64,000 bases of DNA from Patescibacteria group bacterium (GTDB lineage Bacteria; Patescibacteriota; Minisyncoccia; Phycocordibacterales; PALSA-1337), in contig JAGWLA010000002.1 of the NCBI GenBank assembly GCA_028865095.1, positions 49,319-113,318 on the forward strand. The letters run 5' to 3'. Shown here in pieces: positions 58,588 through 64,000 of this stretch. The notes beneath the pieces are model-generated. The model had not been told where the DNA came from. It made no database searches and saw nothing but the letters and a program-made list of their open reading frames with translations. The position numbers were made by a program, and so were the translations under genes. The first letter of the stretch is position 1. Every line of letters begins with the position of its first letter.

Positions 58588-59124
58588 ATGAGAGACAACG
58601 AATCAGGGGCGAACACGCGCCTGGCCCTCTGTCTCGCGTTCGTCGCTGTCTTCGCTCTCAACATGTCGGCGGTCGCTCGCGCCGATACTGCGAACACCGG
58701 GGGACAGCAATCGCCCGCCCCCTCGACGGGCGGGCAACAATCTCCTCCTCCGCCGACCACGGGCCAGCAATCGCAAACGCCTCCGTCGAGCTCGCAAGGT
58801 TCCTTCTACCTCCAGAATCCCTTGAGTAGCCAGTTCAACACCGTCGGCGGCTTGGTGGACGGGTTCATGCAGATCTTCTCGTATCTGGCCGTGCTCTTCG
58901 CGGTCTTCATGCTCATCTGGGTCGGCTTCCAGTTCGTCCTCGCCCAAGGGAAGCCCGACCGCATGAAGGAGCTCAAGAATTGGCTCCTGTATATCGTCAT
59001 CGGGGTGGCGGTCGTCATCGGCGCCCGGATCATCGTGAGCGTGGTCATCAACACCCTTCAGGCCACGGGGACGGTGAACCAAGGGGTCATCACCAACGCC
59101 AACAACGCCCTTAACGGCAATTAA
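58588..59124 (+). CDS. VirB2/TrbC-like pilin 2 with TGGQQSP repeats
   Basis: LQNPL, GFQFVLAQG.P....K..L...VIG; start uncertain (58543-58588). Confidence 0.72.
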   Translation: MRDNESGANTRLALCLAFVAVFALNMSAVARADTANTGGQQSPAPSTGGQQSPPPPTTGQQSQTPPSSSQGSFYLQNPLSSQFNTVGGLVDGFMQIFSYLAVLFAVFMLIWVGFQFVLAQGKPDRMKELKNWLLYIVIGVAVVIGARIIVSVVINTLQATGTVNQGVITNANNALNGN

Positions 59125-59138
59125 CATAGAATAATCAC

Positions 59139-59555
59139 ATGACCATGCCAAAAAAGCCTTTTGCCTTCGCCCTCTCGACGCTCGCGGCGCTGCTGCCGCT
59201 CGCATCGTACGCCCAGACGACCATCCCGCTCGGAGTGACCGTCGCCCCCAGCAACACCAATCCGCAGACGCTCGCCGACGTCATCGGCGTGGTCATCTAC
59301 TATCTGAACGCCGCGCTCGGGCTGATGATGGCCTTCGCCGTGGTCATGTTCGTCTGGTACGTCATCCAGTATTTCATCAAGGCCGACGCCGACCGGAAGG
59401 CGGCGGGGACATACGTCCTCTTCAGCGTCATCGGCTTCTTCGTCATCCTCTCCATCTGGGGCCTCGTCAACATCCTCGGCGGCACCTTCGGCTTGAGCAA
59501 CCAGAGCAATTCGTATCAGACCTGGCAGAGCTTCGGCGGCCTCTTCCCGCGGTGA
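59139..59555 (+). CDS. VirB2/TrbC-like pilin 3
   Basis: P..SYAQ signal, two TM helices, IGFFVILSIWGLV. Confidence 0.75.
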   Translation: MTMPKKPFAFALSTLAALLPLASYAQTTIPLGVTVAPSNTNPQTLADVIGVVIYYLNAALGLMMAFAVVMFVWYVIQYFIKADADRKAAGTYVLFSVIGFFVILSIWGLVNILGGTFGLSNQSNSYQTWQSFGGLFPR

Positions 59556-59668
59556 CGCGCCCGGCGGTAATCCACAGCCGGCCCGGGTAGGGCGCCCCCG
59601 CTCTGGTATAATGGCGGGAGCTCAACGAAGCAGCAACCCTTAGCAGATAACAATAACCATAACTACCA

Positions 59669-60028
59669 ATGAAGAAAGCAATCGCAGCGATCGCCCTCCT
59701 CGCCCCTTCGGCGGCGTTCGCGCAGACCCCTATCAATAACGTCAGCTCGCTCACGGTCACGCTGACCAACATCGGCACGACCGTCATCAGCGTGCTCATC
59801 GCCCTTGGCGTCATCTGGATCGTCTGGAACGCCGTCCAGTTCATCATGAACGCCGACAACGAAGAGAAGCGCAAAGAGAAGGGCCTCGCCATGCTCTGGG
59901 GCATCGTCGGCCTGTTCGTCATCCTCTCCATCTGGGGCCTCGTGGCCATCCTGACCGGCACGTTCACCACGACCGGCAATAATGCTCCGACCGGCCAGTT
60001 CCCGCAGGTCAAGACGTTCGTCCAATAA
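59669..60028 (+). CDS. VirB2/TrbC-like pilin 4
   Basis: P..AFAQ signal, WGIVGLFVILSIWGLV. Confidence 0.75.
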   Translation: MKKAIAAIALLAPSAAFAQTPINNVSSLTVTLTNIGTTVISVLIALGVIWIVWNAVQFIMNADNEEKRKEKGLAMLWGIVGLFVILSIWGLVAILTGTFTTTGNNAPTGQFPQVKTFVQ

Positions 60029-60039
60029 TCGGAATCGGC

Positions 60040-60318
60040 ATGATCGTTTACGCCGCTTCTTCCATCGATCCCGTCGCTTTCGGGAAGGTCGTCGACCCGA
60101 TCATCGCCAACATCGTCGACCCGATCATCGAGCTCATCTTCGCCGTCGCCCTGATCGCCTTCATATACGGCATCTTGCAGATGGTCACCCACGGGACGGA
60201 TTCCGACGCCCACCAGCGGGGCAGGATGAGCATGCTCTCCGGCGTCATCGGCATGTTCATCATGATGTCGGCCTGGGGCATCATCAATATCGTCGCCGGC
60301 ACGGTTGGGCAGTTCTAA
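60040..60318 (+). CDS. VirB2/TrbC-like pilin 5
   Basis: IVDP.I.LIFAVAL..F.YG...G...M..G.IG.FIM.SAWGII. Confidence 0.75.
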   Translation: MIVYAASSIDPVAFGKVVDPIIANIVDPIIELIFAVALIAFIYGILQMVTHGTDSDAHQRGRMSMLSGVIGMFIMMSAWGIINIVAGTVGQF

Positions 60319-60335
60319 GGGGCGCGGATCGATAT

Positions 60336-60371
60336 AAAAACAAGCCGCGGGAGTTATGCTCCTGCGGCTTG
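60336..60371. terminator. Terminator between convergent units
   Basis: caagccgcgggag-ttatg-ctcctgcggcttg. Confidence 0.7.
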
Positions 60372-60401
60372 GTGCGTGCGATCTTCGCCATTGCTCGATA
60401 G

Positions 60402-60854
60402 TCAGTAGTGATACACTTCGTACTCGAGAATGACCGGCCCTTTGATCACGATGCCGGATGTCCTCCAGCGGAACCCGCCGAGACGATGTCCGCTCGTGTC
60501 GATAGTCTGGCCTTGGTTGAAACCATAGGCTCTATCTGGTTCGCCCGGATCCTGTACCTGGTAGGCATAATCGCTCTTGTCAGAGCCGATAGGCGCTACC
60601 ATCCCCGAAACGATCTTGTATCGTATGCCTTGGCCTTTATTCAGGTCGACCGCTACGGCCTTGGACCATTCATGGCTCAAGGTGATATAGCCGGATTCGA
60701 CCAGAATGCAGGTCGGCTCGGCGCTCGCCGGCGCTTTCATCCTGCCGTGCAATGCGCCCGAGAAGGCGTTCCCGACCGCTTCCCAATCACCGGCGACGAA
60801 TATGCAGACGGCTACGACGAGGGTGATGAGCATTATCTTCACTAAGGTTTTCAT
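60402..60854 (-). CDS. Hypothetical exported/membrane-anchored protein
   Basis: N-terminal hydrophobic helix; 1 nt from the upstream stop codon. Confidence 0.55.
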   Translation of the reverse strand: MKTLVKIMLITLVVAVCIFVAGDWEAVGNAFSGALHGRMKAPASAEPTCILVESGYITLSHEWSKAVAVDLNKGQGIRYKIVSGMVAPIGSDKSDYAYQVQDPGEPDRAYGFNQGQTIDTSGHRLGGFRWRTSGIVIKGPVILEYEVYHY

Positions 60855-60855
60855 T

Positions 60856-62040
60856 CTATCCTCTCTTTGTTCTGTTGGGATCGACTTGTGTGACGTTGAT
60901 GCCCTGGCCTGTTATGACCTGTTCCACCTTCCCGTCCTCCTCGAGATTCTCTTGGAAGGATTGGTTGCGGAGGTCGGTGACCGTAGGCTTCGGGCCGGTC
61001 TGGTCAGCAGGAACGATGATGTTCCCGTGAGCGTCCCTGACGCCGTTCCAATACAGGTCCGCCCGCAGGGCGATCTGCTGGTTCAGCGTTTCGGTGTTGA
61101 TGACTTCGGAGCGGCGCTTTGCCAAGCGGACCATGACCTCTGTCCTTGCTTTGACGAGCTCGGGCGGAGGTATGGGTATGACCTGGAACTTCCTGAAGGC
61201 GATCCCCGTGCCGCGCGTATCGTCGAGCTCGCTGTTCCGGATCTCCCCATTTGCGCCTTTCCGTCCGATGATGAGAGGGAACAGCGTATTTGCGATCTCG
61301 GGTCCGCCTCTTTCCAATTGATCACCGGTCATCCCGTTGGCGATCCGCTGTACCCACGTGGTGAGGATGCCGTCGAGCTGTTTGATGACTCCCGGCATGC
61401 GCCCGACGTTGGCGAAGTCTCTCAGCTTCTGTCCCCCGGACTTCCAATCTGGAGTGCCGGGGAGATCGTCATTCGCATCCGGTATGATGCTTGTGTTGAA
61501 TATGACGTTAGGGAAGTAGACATCGTCTACTGTCCTTATCGGCTTCTGCATGTTGAAGTCGTGGTCGATCTTCTCGAGCACGATCTCCCGGTATCCGATG
61601 ATCCGCAGCCCCGGGATCCAGTCGAATAGCAGCGTCACGCTGCTCACTTTCGTGGCTGTCATCTGGCCGAAGAAGGTTATCAGCCACACTCTCGTGGGCT
61701 CTTCTTCTTTCGGCCACTTGATGCCGCGCAACATGATGATGCCTGCCATGAGGGGGAATAAGCCCCACCACTCGAGGTGGTAGAGCGAATACCCGCCCCA
61801 TCCGATGCCTCCTATCACGATGGCCAGCAGCGTCCCGCTATACGGGTTCAGCATGCTGGGCCATGGATTGAGCCTGTGCGACCAATATGTCGCAAAGGCC
61901 AGGACCTGCTGTGCGGCTTGGTGCCATCTCCGCAGCTCCTCGCTGATCTGTCGTGCGGCTTCGTGCCACTCCGACAGCTCGTCTCTGATCTGCTGCATGG
62001 CGCAACGCCACTTCAGCAGCTCCTCTCGTATCTTGTTCAT
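60856..62040 (-). CDS. Divergent SPFH/band-7-like membrane protein with N-terminal 14-aa repeats
   Basis: TM pair, ITFFGQ, IRT.DDV, GI.F....V....PP.EL..A pattern; GAGG SD before ATG 62040; TTGACA-17-TAGACT promoter. Confidence 0.55.
   Translation of the reverse strand: MNKIREELLKWRCAMQQIRDELSEWHEAARQISEELRRWHQAAQQVLAFATYWSHRLNPWPSMLNPYSGTLLAIVIGGIGWGGYSLYHLEWWGLFPLMAGIIMLRGIKWPKEEEPTRVWLITFFGQMTATKVSSVTLLFDWIPGLRIIGYREIVLEKIDHDFNMQKPIRTVDDVYFPNVIFNTSIIPDANDDLPGTPDWKSGGQKLRDFANVGRMPGVIKQLDGILTTWVQRIANGMTGDQLERGGPEIANTLFPLIIGRKGANGEIRNSELDDTRGTGIAFRKFQVIPIPPPELVKARTEVMVRLAKRRSEVINTETLNQQIALRADLYWNGVRDAHGNIIVPADQTGPKPTVTDLRNQSFQENLEEDGKVEQVITGQGINVTQVDPNRTKRG
61906..62031 (-). repeat. Three imperfect 42-nt tandem repeats
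   Basis: Encode IREELLKWRCAMQQ / IRDELSEWHEAARQ / ISEELRRWHQAAQQ. Confidence 0.8.
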
Positions 62041-62197
62041 ACCGTCCTCAATTGTTGTAGCCCCCTGAAAGGGAAGCGATTGTTGTGTCGTTGATGTCAA
62101 CGAGCGTTCTTTTTACCCGCCAAGCGCTAGTCTAGCATAATTTTGCATATATGTCAATATTATTTATGCGTCAGTTTGGCCTCAGAACCAGACGAAC

Positions 62198-62229
62198 AAA
62201 ACCCCGCTTCTGCGAACAGAAGCGGGGTT
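62198..62229 (-). terminator. Intrinsic terminator
   Basis: On the + strand, an A run followed by ccccgcttctg-cgaa-cagaagcgggg. Confidence 0.75.
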
Positions 62230-62245
62230 GAAGGTAAGGCGCTCA

Positions 62246-63241
62246 TCACTTGAGAAGGATCTGGTTCTTCTCTGCAGGGATAGCGTTTGTGATGTCGTGC
62301 AGGCTGCCGGGAGGGGCCTCGGGGATCTCGTAGCGATTGATCACCATTGGCCCATAGACATTGACGTTCGTGGATCCTGTGATCGTCACGTCGCCCATGT
62401 TCATATTGCTCCCGATCATCATGGCTTTGACAGAGTTGTGATTCGTAAGCGAGCCCATCGTCATGTCCCAATTCGTCGAGACAAGCGGTGCTTTTGGCAC
62501 GGCCTGGGTCTGAACCGCTTTGGGATCGCTGACAGGCTGCTTTCCGACGATGCGGCCGCTGAAGGCGTGCCAGATCGCAAAGCATCCAGTCAAGAACACT
62601 AATACGATGACAGCCACGATGACCGCGATCCGTATCCAGCCCCCTTTCGGAGACTGCGACTGGACCGTTGTCGGCGCATGAGGCGGCGCCGCTGCCGGCG
62701 GGGCTCCTGTCGGAGCTGCCGGTTGCGCTGCTGCCGGTGGCGGTGGCGCTGTCGGCGCCCCCGTGCCGGTAGCTGCCGGTCCCGTTGAAGGGGCTGGCGG
62801 CGTCGCGGCCGGCGGAGGCGTAGCCGAAGGCGCTGTCGCAGCAGGCGGCGTTTGGGGCGCCGCTGGCGCTGTCACAACAGGCGTTGCGACAGGCGCTGAA
62901 GGCTGTGCCGCAGGCGCGGGGGACGGGGGAATAGGAGGAGTATAAGGCACGACCGAGAATTTGGTCATACCCGACTTGCCGACAGTAAATGATGCTTGCA
63001 CTGGCGGACCATCGTTTTTGTCGTCGCTGGCCGTTACGGTCAGCTTGTAGTCGCCTGGGTGATCCTTAAGGTCTCCAAGGTCGACACTGCAGCTCTCCGT
63101 ATTTCCCCGGCCCATCTCGTTGTTCTGGCTATCAACGACGATGAACTCGAAGTTCTTTGCCGCCGGGTTCTTTTTCCACGTCACGCTGCATTTGTTGCTG
63201 GAGCATTTAAGCCCCTCGATCATGAGGTCATTCTTTTTCAT
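62246..63241 (-). CDS. Hypothetical protein: beta-sandwich-like N-terminus, Pro/Ala/Thr linker, single TM
   Basis: VTW..N..A..F...GDYKLTVTA.D (FN3/Ig-like), ~100-aa PAT-rich linker, IAVIVAVIVLVFL helix. Confidence 0.65.
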   Translation of the reverse strand: MKKNDLMIEGLKCSSNKCSVTWKKNPAAKNFEFIVVDSQNNEMGRGNTESCSVDLGDLKDHPGDYKLTVTASDDKNDGPPVQASFTVGKSGMTKFSVVPYTPPIPPSPAPAAQPSAPVATPVVTAPAAPQTPPAATAPSATPPPAATPPAPSTGPAATGTGAPTAPPPPAAAQPAAPTGAPPAAAPPHAPTTVQSQSPKGGWIRIAVIVAVIVLVFLTGCFAIWHAFSGRIVGKQPVSDPKAVQTQAVPKAPLVSTNWDMTMGSLTNHNSVKAMMIGSNMNMGDVTITGSTNVNVYGPMVINRYEIPEAPPGSLHDITNAIPAEKNQILLK

Positions 63242-63407
63242 ACACTGCTGTCTTTCCTTGTGTTGTGCTCAAGGCCCAAGGGCTGAGCGTTTTTTGATTT
63301 TTCAACCAGTTTGTCGGTCGTTTCGCTATATTATATACTATATATAATAAAAAGTCAACCCCATCACGTTTTATGATGGGGTTGGTGCTGAATAGCAGAC
63401 GAGACAG

Positions 63408-63974
63408 TCAAGGCTGGCCCTTTTCACCATTGATATGAAGCTTTGCAGCCGCTTGTAAGCCCTCTGCCTCTTGAGGGAGGACGATCTTGAAGCCCCCATC
63501 CTTATGAGTATGCTCTTCGATCTCTTCCCTTGTGACTTCTGGCACGCTATGCCTGTGCTGTCGGCGTAACGTCCCTCCTTTGTTTTGACGGGAGACACCG
63601 AATATTTCATGCGCTTTGTCAACGCGCCGCCGGTAATCTTCTCTGCCTTTGACCCGGTCAGCCATGCGGTCCTTTATCCTGTCGAGGCACTCGCCCCAAC
63701 TGATGCCGCCCTTTCCTTTCCTGCGCAGACCAAGCGTTTTCGACGCAACTACGAGAGGGCTGCCCTTGCAGATCTCGTCCCTGGAGTTGAAGACACACCC
63801 GGACACGGGAATGATCTTTCCTCCCTGGATCTTGTTGTCCTGGAAAAACGCTCCGCCGTAGTACAGGCGCACCTCGGCAAGCGGCGTACCGTCTCGAAGG
63901 GATTGCTCGATTTCTTGCGGTACGAATGGAGCGTAGCGCACCGGCTGGAATTGGATGTTGTCGATGGCGCACAT
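63408..63974 (-). CDS. Hypothetical protein (start uncertain)
   Basis: 188-aa ORF followed by a hairpin at 63356-63384. Confidence 0.4.
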   Translation of the reverse strand: MCAIDNIQFQPVRYAPFVPQEIEQSLRDGTPLAEVRLYYGGAFFQDNKIQGGKIIPVSGCVFNSRDEICKGSPLVVASKTLGLRRKGKGGISWGECLDRIKDRMADRVKGREDYRRRVDKAHEIFGVSRQNKGGTLRRQHRHSVPEVTREEIEEHTHKDGGFKIVLPQEAEGLQAAAKLHINGEKGQP

Positions 63975-64000
63975 CTCCAGATCTCCATCCTGTTGGACGA

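Noticed and set aside
62041-62100. TTG start at 62100 given by the ORF track
   Set aside because: The ATG at 62040 has a GAGG SD. The TTG is part of a leader motif.

Overview
A GC-rich bacterial chromosome segment that looks like Patescibacteria/CPR (Parcubacteria-like). This assignment is inferred from gene content: class I LysRS, a degenerate HisRS paralogue, a VirB2/TrbC-like pilin array, a minimal dcw cluster, an orphan PemK, and no biosynthetic or respiratory genes. The standard code is used (TGA = stop). Core genes are gyrB, gyrA, greA, lysS, mrdA, mraZ-rsmH-ftsL-ftsI-murF, rnr, ftsA/ftsZ, ybeY, rpsU, lepB, pth, rpsA and four tRNAs (Glu-CUC, Val-GAC, Glu-UUC, Ser-CGA). The most notable items are: (1) a single-chain, mitochondrial-type PheRS (catalytic domain fused to the FDX-ACB anticodon domain); (2) an AT-rich defence island with a DpnA-like methyltransferase, a small PD-(D/E)XK nuclease and a nuclease-DGQHR fusion; (3) an orphan MazF/PemK toxin with no protein antitoxin, bracketed by a terminated 5' leader and a convergent, separately promoted ~55-nt antisense RNA; (4) a leader-peptide attenuator controlling a GNAT gene; (5) a split rifampin-phosphotransferase-like dikinase system with one ATP-grasp subunit and two His-swivel subunits; (6) an ApbE/FMN/RnfD-FNR flavinylation cluster; (7) CTCCNNN heptamer repeats inserted in frame in three proteins; (8) pervasive leaderless promoters, and boxA-like motifs in the leaders of accessory genes. 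No CRISPR array, rRNA or transposase was seen. All calls come from reading the sequence; no searches were run.
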